A stretch of 64,000 nt of DNA, taken from NCBI RefSeq assembly GCF_031769215.1, contig NW_026782034.1:434001-498000 (forward strand). Direction: 5' to 3'. Position 1 is the stretch's first letter. Each line of letters starts with the position of its first letter. The DNA is from Ylistrum balloti. Taxonomy: Eukaryota. The notes below the pieces were generated by a model. It ran no database searches, was not told where the DNA came from, and saw nothing but the letters and a program-made list of their open reading frames with translations. Position numbers and translations under genes: made by a program. Shown one piece after another: positions 1 through 14,500 of the stretch.

Positions 1-115
1 TCTGGTACAACTTTATTGTACATTTATTCAGGATAAATCTGGTACAACTTTTTTGTACATTTATTCAGGATAAATCTGGTACAACTTTATGGTATATTTA
101 TTCATAATAAATACG
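1..115. repeat. 37-bp tandem repeat, about 3 copies, truncated by the window start
   Basis: tctggtacaacttt(a/t)ttgtacatttattcaggataaa starts at 1, 38 and 75. Confidence 0.85.
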
Positions 116-1374
116 GTACAACTTTATACCGTAAAACTTTTTTGCGTGTTTTTACAGGATAACTACGGTAGTTGTTTTAAATAGATTTATTGATTTAAAA
201 CATGGTATGATTTTATAGTGGCTTTATTTAGGATAAATGTGACACATTTTATCGCAGTTTCTATTGTAATTAGCATACACATTGTTAGTTGGCGGATGTT
301 ACATATGGAATTTATTTTTCTGTCGTTGTTTCAATACCGACATCACCTACGCTGTGTAGCTCTGTCCAGTATGTATCATTCAAACATTGATGTATTTATA
401 ACCCTATTAACTACCTCAAAGAAGCTTACACATGTATTCAGGAAACACATCTGGCTCCCAGCAATCGCAACATCTTACAATGACAAGTTAATGCGTTTAA
501 AACAAATATAGCGTTTATAAAAATTCCTTCAAAACTGTTCTGCCTGTTTCTTATAAAGATTGATAGCGGAATTTACAATTACGTAATGATGCACACAGTA
601 AGGGATATGCTTTTTACAACATAAAATTCTTCCCCAATTAATGGAGTACTACATCACGTTAATATTGTCCGCCATCTGTCCAGGCTACTGGTACATGTGT
701 AGATTTTACCTTCATACAAGACAGACTTTTATCTTCAAATTGTAGGTTTTCCATGTTACATAACAAATCCTGTGATCCAATGAGGTAGAATTTATTGTTA
801 TACTCTATGGACCAGGAGACAGAACTGACTGTAATCACAACAAAATCCCCATCAACTTGTCCTGTGGTACCGTCCAGCAAAATCAATAAATCTGTATGTT
901 ATTGACAGGCAAAACTTACCTAGAGCATTGTTTGAAAGTTATTCAAATCAGTTCTAATCAATATTATAGATTTTTTTGAATGTCAACATTTAAACTGAAT
1001 ATTTTAACTGAATACCACAGGTCTGTCATTTCTACCTGTTGTTAAACTACTGAAACAGCTGACAGGAGACCTCTTCAAATGTGATCACAATAATGAGCCA
1101 ATTAATCTAGTTTTATACTGAGCCTGATTATCCTGAATGTTCCAGTCACAAACCTCAAATTAAGTTCCAATGATAAGTATGTTACAGTCCCAATATAATG
1201 AGTGTGATTGATTTATAAATCTTGTGTCTGTTATATTAGTCTGGATGTCCCCAGAACAGTCTTTTGACCCGAGAGAAGAATCTAGTTTTCAAATAAGTCC
1301 AGTTATAACAAAGGGAGTCTACATGTCCTTCTGAAAGCATCCAAAAATAAGTCTGGTTTCCAAGGTCCTATTAA

Positions 1375-4300
1375 TGAGTCTAGTTGTCCCAGGAATGTGT
1401 TTTTGCCCAATAGTAAGTCTTCTTGTCCCAGGAATGTCTTTTTCCCAATAGTAAGTCTTCTTGTCCCAGGAATGTCTTTTGCCCAATCGTAAGTCTTCTT
1501 GTCCCAGGAATGTCTTTTTCCCAATAGTAAGTCTTCTTGTCCCAGGAATGTCTTGTTGCCCAATCGTAAGTCTAGTTGTCAAGGAATGTGTTTTTGCCCA
1601 ATATTAAGTCTGCTTGTCCCAGGAATGTCTTTTTGCCCAATAGTGAGTCTAGTTGTCCAGGAATGTGTTTTTGCCCAATAGTGAGTCTATTTCTCCCAGG
1701 AATGTGTTTTTGCCCAATAGTAAGTCTTCTTGTCCCAGGAATGTCTTTTTGCCCAATAGTAAGTCTAGTTGTCAAGGAATGTGTTTTTGCCCAATATTGA
1801 GTCTACTTGTCCCAGGAATGTCTTTTTGCCCAATAGTGAGTCTAGTTGTCCAGGAATGTGTTTTTGCCCAGTAGTAAGTCTAGTTGTCCAGGAATGTGTT
1901 TTTGCCCAATAGTGAGTCTAGCTGTCCAGGAATGTGTTTTTGCCCAATAGTGAGTCTAGTTGTCCAGGAATGTGTTTTTGCCCAATATTGAGTCTACTTG
2001 TCCCAGGAATGTCTTTTTGCCCAATAGTGAGTCTAGTTGTCCAGGAATGTGTTTTTGCCCAATAGTGAGTCTAGTTGTCCCAGGAATGTCTTTTTGCCCA
2101 GTAGTAAGTCTAGTTGTCCAGGAATGTGTTTTTGCCCAATAGTGAGTCTAGTTGTCCAGGAATGTGTTTTTGCCCAATAGTGAGTCTAGGTGTCCCAGGA
2201 ATGTGTTTTTTCCCAATAGTAATTCTAGTTGTCAAGGAATGTGTTTTTGCCCAATATTAAGTCTTCTTGTCCCAGGAATGTCTTTTTGCCCAATAGTGAG
2301 TCTAGTTGTCCAGGAATGTGTTTTTGCCCAATAGTGAGTCTAGTTGTCCCAGGAAGTTGTCCCAGGAATGTGTTTTTGCCCAGTAGTAAGTCTAGTTGTC
2401 CAGGAATGTCTTTTTGCCCAATAGTGAGTCTAGTTGTCCAGGAATGTGTTTTTGCCCAATAGTGAGTCTAGTTGTCCCAGGAAAGTGTTTTTGCCCAATA
2501 GTAAGTCTTCTTGTCCTAGGAATGTCTTTTTGCCCAATAATAAGTCTTCATGTCCCAGGAATGTCTTTTTGCCCAATAGTAAGTCTAGTTGTCAAGGAAT
2601 GTGTTTTTGCCCAATATTGAGTCTACTTGTCCCAGGAATGTCTTTTTGCCCAATAGTGAGTCTAGTTGTCCAGGAATGTGTCTAGTTGTCCAGGAATGTG
2701 TTTTTGCCCAATAGTGAGTCTAGTTGTCCCAGGAATGTCTTTTTGCCCAGTAGTAAGTCTAGTTGTCCAGGAATGTGTTTTTGCCCAATAGTGAGTCTAG
2801 TTGTCCAGGAATGTGTTTTTGCCCAATAGTAAGTCTAGTTGTCTCAAGAATGTGTTTTTGTCCAATATTGAGTCTACTTGTCCCAGGAATGTGTTTTTGC
2901 CCCATAGTGAGTCTAGTTGTCCAGGAATGTGTTTTTGCCCAATAGTGAGCCTAGTTGTCCCAGGAATGTCTTTTTGCCCAATGGTAAGTCTTGTTGTCCC
3001 AGGAAAGTGTTTTTGTCCAATAGTGAGTCTAGTTGTTCCAGAAATGTCTTTCTGCCAAAATAGTAAGTCTTGTTGTCCCAGGAATGTCTTTTTGCCCAAT
3101 CGTAAGTCTAGTTGTCAAGGAATGTGTTTTTGCCCAATATTAAGTCTGCTTGTCCCAGGAATGTCTTTTTGCCCAATAGTGAGTCTAGTTGTCCAGGAAT
3201 GTGTTTTTGCCCAATAGTGAGTCTAGTTGTCCCAGGAATGTGTTTTTGCCCAATAGTAAGTCTTCTTGTCCTAGGAATGTCTTTTTGCCCTATAATAAGT
3301 CTTCATGTCCCAGGAATGTCTTTTTGCCCAATAGTAAGTCTAGTTGTCAAGGAATGTGTTTTTGCCCAATATTGAGTCTACTTGTCCCAGGAATGTGTTT
3401 TTGCCCAATAGTGAGTCTAGTTGTCCAGGAATGTGTTTTTGCCCAATAGTGAGTCTAGTTGTCCCAGGAATGTCTTTTTGCCCAGTAGTAAGTCTAGTTG
3501 TCCAGGAATGTGTTTTTGCCCAATAGTGAGTCTAGTTGTCCAGGAATGTGTTTTTGCCCAATAGTAAGTCTAGTTGTCTCAAGAATGTGTTTTTGTCCAA
3601 TATTGAGTCTACTTGTCCCAGGAATGTGTTTTTGCCCAATAGTGAGTCTAGTTGTCCAGGAATGTGTTTTTGCCCAATAGTGAGCCTAGTTGTCCCAGGA
3701 ATGTGTTTTTGCCCAATGGTAAGTCTTGTTGTCCCAGGAAAGTGTTTTTGTCCAATAGTGAGTCTAGTTGTTCCAGAAATGTCTTTCTGCCAAAATAGTA
3801 AGTCTAGTTGTCAAGGAATGTGTTTTTGCCCAATATTAAGTCTGCTTGTCCCAGGAATGTCTTTTTGCCCAATAGTGAGTCTAGTTGTCCAGGAATGTGT
3901 TTTTGCCCAATAGTGAGTCTAGTTGTCCCAGGAATGTGTTTTTGCCCAATAGTAAGTCTTCTTGTCCTAGGAATGTCTTTTTGCCCAATAGTGAGTCTAG
4001 TTGTCCAGGAATGTCTTTTTGCCCAATAGTGAGTCTAGTTGTCCCAGGAATGTCTTTTTGCCCAATAGTGAGTCTAGTTGTCCAGGAATGTGTTTTTGCC
4101 CAATAGTGAGTCTAGTTGTCCAGGAATGTGTTTTTGCCCAATAGTAAGTCTTCTTGTCTCAGGAATGTGTTTTTGTCCAATAGTGAGTCTAGTTGTCCCA
4201 GGAATGTCTTTTTGCCCAGTAGTAAGTCTAGTTGTCCAGGAATGTGTTTTTGCCCAATAGTGAGTCTAGTTGTCCAGGAATGTGTTTTTGCCCAATAGTA

Positions 4301-5235
4301 AGTCTTCTTGTCCTAGGAATGTCTTTTTGCCCAATAATAAGTCTTCATGTCCCAGGAATGTCTTTTTGCCCAATAGTAAGTCTAGTTGTCAAGGAATGTG
4401 TTTTTGCCCAATATTGAGTCTACTTGTCCCAGGAATGTCTTTTTGCCCAATAGTAAGTCTTCTTGTCTCAGGAATGTGTTTTTGTCCAATAGTGAGTCTA
4501 GTTGTCCCAGGAATGTGTTTTTGCCCAGTAGTAATTCTAGTTGTCCAGGAATGTGTTTTTGCCCAATAGTAAGTCTAGTTGTCTCAAGAATGTGTTTTTG
4601 TCCAATATTGAGTCTACTTGTCCCAGGAATGTGTTTTTGCCCCATAGTGAGTCTAGTTGTCCAGGAATGTGTTTTTGCCCAATAGTGAGCCTAGTTGTCC
4701 CAGGAATGTCTTTTTGCCCAATGGTAAGTCTTGTTGTCCCAGGAAAGTGTTTTTGTCCAATAGTGAGTCTAGTTGTTCCAGAAATGTCTTTCTGCCAAAA
4801 TAGTAAGTCTTGTTGTCCCAGGAATGTCTTTTTGTCCAATAGTAAGTCTAGTTGTCCTAGGAATGTTTTTTTTGCCGAATGGTAAGTCTCCTTGTCAAGG
4901 AATATGTTTTCGCCCAATAATGAGTCTAAATGTCCCAGGAATGTGTTTTTGCCCACTAGTAAGTCTTCTTGTCCTAGGAATGTCTTTTTGCCCAATAGTA
5001 AGTCTAATTGTCCTAGGAATTTTTTTTGCCCAATAGTAAGTCTAGTTGTACCAGGAATGTGTTTTTGCCCAATAGTAAGTCTTGTTGTCCCAGGAATGTG
5101 TTTTTGTCCAACAGAGAATCTTGCTGTTCCAGGAATATCATTTTGCCAAATAGTAAGTCTTGTTGTTGTCCAGGAATATGTTTTTGCCAAAAAGTGAGTC
5201 TAGTTGTCCAAGAAATGTCTCTTTGCTCAATAGTG
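1375..5235. repeat. 38/39-bp minisatellite, about 100 copies, with higher-order blocks
   Basis: Unit gtc(c)caggaatgt(g/c)tttttgcccaatagt(g/a)agtctagtt, degenerating at both edges. It explains all MSRNVFLP... ORFs. Confidence 0.97.
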
Positions 5236-5469
5236 TCACTTGGATGTACAAGTCTGATGGTCTAAAAATTAGGCATCTTGGAAAACCTTCCCAATATCAA
5301 CAAAAATATATATCTTACTTATACATCAGTTGTGTTATCTTGCTTCTAAATAAACAAGATGAGTGACAAAGCTGGATACATTTGGGTGAATCTGGAAACA
5401 CAGGACATTGCCTTTGTATTAGAACACACAAAGTCCTGTAAGTTTTTATATACAACATAATAGACTTAC

Positions 5470-5544
5470 CTCCCCATTGCTGCTGCAGACCTTGATCCCT
5501 GACAGAGAGATGACCAGTAACACCTTCTTACTCTTGTCAACTGT
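5470..5544 (-). CDS. SH2D5: SH2D5-like exon, 75 nt, TVDKSKKVLLVISLSGIKVCSSNGE
   Basis: Acceptor ttttttttaccttttcag, donor GAG|gtaagt, open 25 codons, PTB-like V-L-L-V-I-S-L-S-G-I-K-V strand motif. Confidence 0.85.
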
Positions 5545-8500
5545 CTGAAAAGGTAAAAAAAATGTCAGGCTTTCAACTTTCAACTTCAGCTTTCAAACAA
5601 TCACTGGTTATATTACAGGACTATATCAAATTCATAAGGTTGCTGCTGAACACACACAAGTTTCCCGATTTTACTGTTCACACTCCGTATACACCGACAA
5701 AAGGTGGGAAGACACAACCAAACAGACGATCAAAATTTCCTACTAGTCAAGATAAACAAAACCTGTAGATAATAGTGAAGATTGTTATCAATTCTTCACA
5801 AGGTGTGATTTCAAAATGTTCAATACAAGACACCAGAGTGACCTTGAATGTGAATCAGTCCTTTAACTGATAAATCCCCCTGTACACAGCTATTTCAGGT
5901 CCTGTTACATAACAGAGGTTCCTCAGTACATCCCTAAGGATCACATGGCTTGGATTTCATTTTTTATTAATATATGTCAATTAAAAGGGAGATAACAGAA
6001 CAACTAGGTAATTTATCAGTTCAAAAGTCATTTGCATTGGAATGTCTTTGTCAAACTCAAAAGCTCCACTTTCTTTTTTATATATATTAAATTCTTAAAG
6101 TCACACACAAACTGTGTTGTATACTTGTTTGCAGTAAACTCCTGATGTTATGAGAATCATAGGTGTATAAATATTCTCCATTAGTACCAGATGGAAAATT
6201 AGATCAAACATAATCACATATGACTATTTAAGTGATATTTACTCCGAGTTAAAATTGCCTGCTATTTTAGAAGTCCTAAGAAATTTCAGCTAATCTAGTT
6301 GTAGAAGTTACAGATAGTTGGATTAATAATGCTATACCAGTACACTACATATGTTGATTTGTTGAACATTGTCCAGTAGTCTTTGAGAAAATGTTCAGTA
6401 AAGTTCAAAGCAAACTTCAATTTGACCATATCATTTATTTAACGGCAAGTATGATATTTTTTTTATTAAATTTTATCTGAAGTTACATGCTGCATGTGAG
6501 TTTATCTTTTTATACACTATCTAAGCATCAAATCCTAGCTATCTTGTACAAAGCTAGGTATATCCACTCATTATATCTGACCTTTTCTTAACCCTCGCCC
6601 TCAAACCCTGGACTCAGTCCCTTAGTTGCCTTATCCTTAATCTACATGGGATGAATTTGGCAAAAAACTTTGCTCATTTTTTTGGAAAATGTTTGATGCA
6701 AGCCACATTATATATACTGGTACAGTATAGTCTTTTTTTTTAATTGAAATTTCCTGCATGAAATATTGTAAATTTCTGAAAATCCTTAATTTATGTGTTT
6801 TTCACTGAATTTTTATCAGGTTCAAATTTGTTTATCTTTTAAATTACAATCCATACACAGAAACACTAGAATGACTTTACAGGTCATTTCATGCTTCCAA
6901 ATCAATACACTTTAAAACACAAACTTTGATTCAGGATTATCTAAACCTAAATATAAAAGCATTTACATTTTTTTTTCACGTAAAATCGAAAACAAAGCCT
7001 TCATAATGTTTGTTGTCGGGATAATTTTACTGTACTTGACAAAGTGCAGGTACCATCACAATTACTGGGCTGCCAGTACACAACAGTACAATAGCGTGCA
7101 TATATATATATATATAGAAACTTGGTAAGTGTGTTCAGATCTAATTTACTGTAACAGAAAAATACAAATGATGCATTGATACCGTATCACTCTGCTACTC
7201 TTTCAACCAGAAAACTGATAATGAACCTGCCTCAGTTCATGTTTCAATTCATTCCCTGGGTATATCTGTTTCAATGAATTCAAATATCATATCCATTAAA
7301 AAATCAAACTTCCTTCAGTAAATACTTTATGGGCTATACAATTACTGTGTTTTATTTTCTTTCACACAAATCTACAAACCTCAAAAGGAAACAAATCTGT
7401 GTGATCAGTATCAGTATGAGTATCTGCTATGTGAACACGTTGACCAGAGATCCCAGGGGATCTTAGTGCTCATCATAGTATTATCTTTCTAAGTTCTTTA
7501 ACAATTCAAACTTTCTCTTCATCTTTGTTTCATTTCTTTCCAATTAATTACATAATTGTAAATCTATATATAAAATTTGAAATGATCCATCCAGAACTTC
7601 TCATGAAATATTGACAAAAATCTTTTACTGTCAAAATCAAAGATGGCTGTCTGTCCTCCACTTTGATTTTATATTTCGTTAAAATATGGAAAATACAAAG
7701 CTAGAGACCAAAGGGAGCCTACATGTAAAATTTGAGAATGAATTTGAAAAAATTTAAGAAATAACAAGCCATTTTGTTTTTCTGATTAATCTAAAAAATA
7801 TTATGAAAGTTTTTAATTCTTTTTCTGGTATAACATCACATAGTCAAATTCTTAGTCAAACAGTCAAGACTTCATATAGAAGTCTATATTAGTGAATATG
7901 GACTGTATATAAGTAAATATAGGACTGTATATAAGTAAATATAGGACTGTTAATAAATTAATATAGGACTGTATATAAGTAAATATAGGACTGTTAATAA
8001 GTTAATATAGGACTGTATATAAGTAAATATAGGACTGTTAATAAGTTAATATAGGACTGTTAATAAGTTAATATAGGACTGTAATAAGTTAATATAGGAC
8101 TGTATATAAGTAAATATAGGACTGTTAATAAGTTAATATAGGACTGTTAATAAGTTAATATAGGACTGTATATAAGTAAATATAGGACTGTTAATATAGG
8201 ACTGTATATAAGTAAATATAGGACTGTTAATAAGTTAATATAGGACTGTATATAAGTAAATATAGGACTGTTAATAAGTTAATATAGGACTGTATATAAG
8301 TAAATATAGGACTGTTAATATAGGACTGTATATAAGTAAATATAGGACTGTTAATATAGGACTGTATATAAATAAATATAGGACTGTTAATAAGTAAATA
8401 TAGGACTGTATATAAGTAAATATAGGACTGTTAATAAGTTAATATAGGACTGTATATAAGTAAATATAGGACTGTTAATAAGTTAATATAGGACTGTATA

Positions 8501-11500
8501 TAAGTAAGAATTATACAAGAACATTACGACCATTATGACGATATATTAGTCAGCAATTCCTTCACAGAACTATTTAACAGAATCACTTAAAACAGAGCCA
8601 ATTACATCTGTCATGTAGTTTTCAGGGTCTATAATTGCCCGACAATTTATGACTGAGGACAAATGGAAGATTCTTTTTTTCATTCATAAAAATGAATGTA
8701 TGATATAATTTCCTGTCTATCACAGCCTGTCACCACGTCCTGTCTGGTGTCACACAGAACACAATGAAATTTGCACCAAAAATACCAGACAAAGATTAGT
8801 ATCAATCACATTTCTTCACAGGGTACAAGGACAGTTCCACACAGCTTCCAAACCAATTAGCACTTGCTAAATACTGATGACATCTCCAGCTTCCCTGCTG
8901 TACCTGACTCAAAGGCCACTGTTATGCCTTGACAGATTATACCTGGCCAGGTTTCATTAACATCATTAACTTTAAAAGTCTGGTTTTAATTCTCAAAAGC
9001 TGTTTTTCGTAAAGCAACTAACAATACATTTATAACTTTTGCATTGTTACAACTCGTAACAGAATTTACAATATAGATTTTTTCTGTTATTATCATAACC
9101 ACTGTTCTAATTATGTAAGTTATTTCAGAATTCACACCACAGACTTTTTTCTGTTGTTATTATCATAACCACTACTCAATTATGTAAGAAAAGCCAGGGC
9201 ATCAGGTTACACATGAACAGTCGTAGAATATCTGTACAGCTAAGGAATTCTGATGTAATGATAATCACCAAATACATGTTATTTAGTCATTATATTACAA
9301 TTAAATCTGTTGTTAATATGGAAATAATGAATCTATCATTTGTCACAAGTACTCGTGTAAGTTCATGTCAGTACTGCCAAGGACAGTCTCAAAGAACTGT
9401 ATATCATAAAACTTGACTGAGGTCTTGTCACGCTAGGCTGTGAATGTAAACAACTCATTTGCTGGGAATATAGTCTGGATCTTTTGAGGTGGAGTGTCCT
9501 TGAAGTAGCTGGTGGCTACCTCACTGAACAACAAACAGGAGGCCCATCACATGTTATCTACAACCATTAGGGTAAAGAGTCTTGCTCAAGCACACAACCA
9601 TATCAACACAGATCAATCCATTTTTCTTTCTCAGCTTCCTGAGAAACACAAACCACCACAGGTAAGAGCTTAAACTAAATCTGTTCACAAAATATCTTGT
9701 ATACAATCTTTCAAAATTTCAAAAATGGTCAAGGGTGACCATTGACCTATAACTTTGACCAATTACAACCAAAATCAAATCAGACATTAAACTTCATCTT
9801 ATGATGCTAAGCTACAGAAATGAACTAGTTCTGCATGGGATTCATGACATACAAGCTTTGCACCAATGGACACACAGATGTACAAAGTGATTACTAAATA
9901 CCCACACACCCATCCGCCTACCCTTCAGTAGTATTTAGTGATGGTATAAAAATGTAGGAGCCAGATAGCCTACACTTCAAACGTGAAATGAAAATATCAA
10001 ACCGAGACAATTGTCTCGTACTGTAAAAGATCCGGCTTCTGTTTCTCAGCGTAGGATGACTTGAATGTGTCTTGTCTGAAATATGGAACTGATAGACCTC
10101 TACTGATGTTTACAAGGTATTTGGTTCAGTGTCAGATGACCCTAGAAATTTGTAATAATAGGAGGTGATCAATTTAAAGGCATCATGGGAGCTATAGATG
10201 AGAGACCAGAGCTCACTTCTCTAGTTTTCTTCATTGTTATTACCCCATCAATATCCACAGACGACAGACAGTCTGAGATACACCATGGCTTAACTATCAA
10301 CACAGCTCTGTTAATGGTATCCCTGTACCAGATCATGTGTTCAGTCTGATCCCAATGGTATCCTGGTCAGATCATGTGTTCTCTGTCTGATCCCAATGGT
10401 ATCCTGGTACCAGATCATGTGTTCTCTGTCTTATCCCAATGGTATCCTGGTCAGATCATGTGTTCTCTGTCTGATCCCAATGGTATCCTGGTACCAGATC
10501 ATGTGTTCTCTGTCTGATCCCAATGGTATCCTGGTCAGATCATGTGTTCTGTCTGATCCTAATGGTATCCTGGTCAGATCATGTGTTCTCTGTCTAATCT
10601 CAATGGTATCCTGGTATCAGATCATGTGTTCTCTGTCTGATCCCAATGGTATCGTGGCACCAGATCATGTGTTCTCTGTCTGATCCCAATGGTATCCTGG
10701 TATCAGATCATGTGTTCTCTGTCTGATCCCAATGGTATCCTGGTACCAGATCATGTGTTCTGTCTGATCCCAATGGTATCCTGGTCAGATCATGTGTTCT
10801 CTGTCTGATCCCAATGGTATCCTGGTACCAGATCATGTGTTCTCTGTCTGATCCCAATGGTATCCTGGTATCAGATCATGTGTTCTGTCTGATCCCAATG
10901 GTATCTTGGTCAGATCATGTGTTCTCTGTCTAATCTCAATGGTATCCTTGTACCAGATCATGTGTTCTCTGTCTGATCCCAATGGTATCCTGGTCAGATC
11001 ATGTGTTCTCTGTCTGATCCCAATGGTATCCTGGTACCAGATCATGTGTTCTCTGTCTGATCCCAATGGTATCCTGGTACCAGATCATGTGTTCTCTGTC
11101 TGATCCCAATGGTATCCTGGTATCAGATCATGTGTTCAGTCTGATCCCAATGGTATCTTGGTCAGATCATGTGTTCTCTGTCTAATCTCAATGGTATCCT
11201 TGTACCAGATCATGTGTTCTCTGTCTGATCCCAATGGTATCCTGGTCAGATCATGTGTTCTCTGTCTGATCCTAATGGTATCCTGGTACCAGATCATGTG
11301 TTCTCTGTCTGATCTCAATGGTATCCTGGTATCAGATCATGTGTTCTCTGTCTGATCCCAATGGTATCCTGGTCAGATCATGTGTTCTCTGTCTGATCCC
11401 AATGGTATCCTGGTCAGATCATGTGTTCTCTGTCTGATCCCAATGGTATCCTGGTCAGATCATGTGTTCTGTCTGATACCAATGGTATCCTGGTCAGATC

Positions 11501-14500
11501 ATGTGTTCTCTGTCTAATCCCAATGGTATCCTGGTATCAGATCATGTGTTCTCTGTCTGATCCCAATGGTATCCTGGCACCAGATCATGTGTTCTCTGTC
11601 TGATCCCAATGGTATCCTGGTACCAGATCATGTGTTCTCTGTCTGATCCCAATGGTATCCTGGTACCAGATCATGTGTTCTCTGTCTGATCCCAATGGTA
11701 TCCTGGTATCAGATCATGTGTTCTCTGTCTGATCCCAATGGTATCCTGGTCAGATCATGTGTTCTCTGTCTGATACCAATGGTATCCTGGTACCATATCA
11801 TGTGTTCTCTGTCTGATCTCAATGGTATCCTGGTATCAGATCATGTGTTCTCTGTCTGATCTCAATGGTATCCTTGTACCAGATCATGTGTTCTCTGTCT
11901 GATCCCAATGGTATCCTGGTCAGATCATGTGTTCTCTGTCTGATCCCAATGGTATCCTGGTACCAGATCACGTGTTCTCTGTCTGATCCCAATCGTATCC
12001 TGGTCAGATCATGTGTTCTCTGTCTAATCTCAATGGTATCCTTGTACCAGATCATGTGTTCTCTGTCTGATCCCAATGGTATCCTGGTCAGATCATGTGG
12101 TCAGATCATGTGTTCTCTGTCTGATCCCAATGGTATCCTGGTACCAGATCATGTGTTCTGTCTAATCTCAATGGTATCCTGGTCAGATCATGTGTTCTCT
12201 GTCTGATCCCAATGGTATCCTGGTCAGATCATGTGTTCTCTGTCTGATCCCAATGGTATCCTGGTCAGATCATGTGTTCTCTGTCTGATCCCAATGGTAT
12301 CCTGGTACCAGATCATGTGTTCTCTGTCTGATCCCAATGGTATCCTGGTACCAGATCACGTGTTCTCTGTCTGATCCCAATCGTATGAATAATCTTACTG
12401 TCTGGTGAAGAGGGAGGGCTACTGAACACCAAACTGTCACCATCGATAACTAAAATGTAGTTAACTATTACAGTGTAAATACAGAAACAAATCACAGTGG
12501 AATATACAAAATTCTATATATGTCAAGTAATGTCAAGTATTTTTATCATGTGTAGAACCATTTCCTGAGTTTAACTGCATTGAAATCATTTTCATCTTTT
12601 AATTTCACAATTTCGTATCTGTTTTAAGTAAATCCTCTGTGAGATTCCATACAATACCTGATATTACCTCCAATGACTTTTACTGCAATTTTATTTATAT
12701 AAATTTAATGGATGATTGGATGGAAACCCAAGTGACTGCTATCTGATCACCGATCAACATGTGTTACTTTTTGTGTCACAATATATCCTTATGGACCAAC
12801 CTACAGACAAGATCATTCTGTCTGGAATGATTTTTTTCATTTGTCTTATGTAAATGTATTGCCTCTGTTTTAATACTATTTTATCAGTCAAACTATCACA
12901 GAGGAAACTTTTTTTTGATGTTGTGTGATGTCTCCGTGACTTATTTAGTCTGTTTCACATATAAGTATATTGTTCAAAGATCATATTGATTACATTCCTG
13001 AAACTCTTTCAAAAATACAAACTGGAAATATATGTATGTAGAATCACAGGGAGCATTCCTCCTCGCCGAATTTACCATAACATAAGCTCAGAGGCATGCG
13101 CTTAAAATCTGACTGAAAGTAGGGGGTGGGCTTATTACAAGACAATATCTTTTCCGCTAAGGTGTGGGTCAGCTTATTATCAAGTATGGGCTTACTGCAA
13201 AATAAATATGTTTCTTAGTTTACTGCCAAAATAGATAGGTTCCTTGGCTTATTGAAAAATAAATATATTTCTTAGCTAATTGCAAAACAGATATGTTTCA
13301 TGGCTTATTGCGAAATAGTTATGTTCCTTAACTTATTGCAAAATAGATCTGCTTCACGGCCCATTGCAAAACAGATATGTTTCTTGGCTTATTGCAAAAT
13401 AGATCTGTTTAATGGCTTATTGCAAAATAGATATGTTTAACGGCCCATTGCAAAACAGATATGTTTCTTGGCTTATTGCAAAACAGATATGTTTCATAGC
13501 TTATTGCCAAATATATGTTCCTTGGCTTATTACAAAACAGGTATGTTTCTTGGTTTATTGCAAAATAGATATGTTTCATGGCTAATTGCATATTAAATAT
13601 GTTAAGAAACACAATCCCCAACTTGTTATGATCAAAGTATCTGTCTGCAATCCTTCAAAATACAAGGACACCAACTGAAGGCACCTATAATCATACTATA
13701 TGATATAAATTATCTCTGGGCACTTTTTTCAAAGTTTTAAGATTCTATTTATATTTAATTAGGGTAATGAAATGTCAGTTGATACCAGTGTTTCTGGCAG
13801 ATCAAGATATAGCCAATTAATATTGAGTTGAATTTATGAAACCAAGTAAACTGGCCACTGAAACGCATTGGTGCTGATTAATAAGTACACAAATCATGAT
13901 TAGCTTCCAAGTCTGATGACATCACAAACATACTAAAGATATTGATCATAAATCATACCAATCATGTTTCAGGTCTCATCACAATACACAATGGCATTGA
14001 TTACAAATATTTCAAATCAACTTTCAGGCCTATCAATGCCCTAGCTACAGTTCAATGTTGCTGCATATCTTTTGCCTCGCAGCGATCATAAAATACACAT
14101 TAGATAGAACCAGATAAAATCCTAATATTTTTTTGGTCAATTCTACAGAAAGTTGCGTGACAATGTATAAACTCCAGCAGAATGCACTGTCTTCTCAGTG
14201 AATCTAATAAGCCCTATCTATAAAGAATGCACTCTAAAATCAACATAGTTTTTGTGATGAACTGATAGCAGGGTTCCAGATCCCAAGCCACAAGACAGGA
14301 TATCATCACTGCGTCACATTTATCATGTCTGCTGGTAACTCCTATTACATCTCAAAAATGAGTAGAACAGATTTTTGATATAAAATAAAAAAGAATTCTG
14401 ACATTTTGAAGTAGATTTCTAGGTCACAGGGCCAAAGAGACTTGAAATATATTTAGTATGGTATATAAAGATGTCCTTTTTCAGTGAAATCCACAGAGAT

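Noticed and set aside
659-886. 75-aa minus-strand ORF as the next SH2D5-like exon
   Set aside because: It lacks the expected PTB continuation (MAHAL.RI-like); the next exon probably lies left of the window.
1303-5265. Many overlapping 60-217 aa ORFs (MSRNVFLP..., GQKHIPG...)
   Set aside because: These are translations of the 38/39-bp minisatellite in several frames and both strands, with no protein signature.
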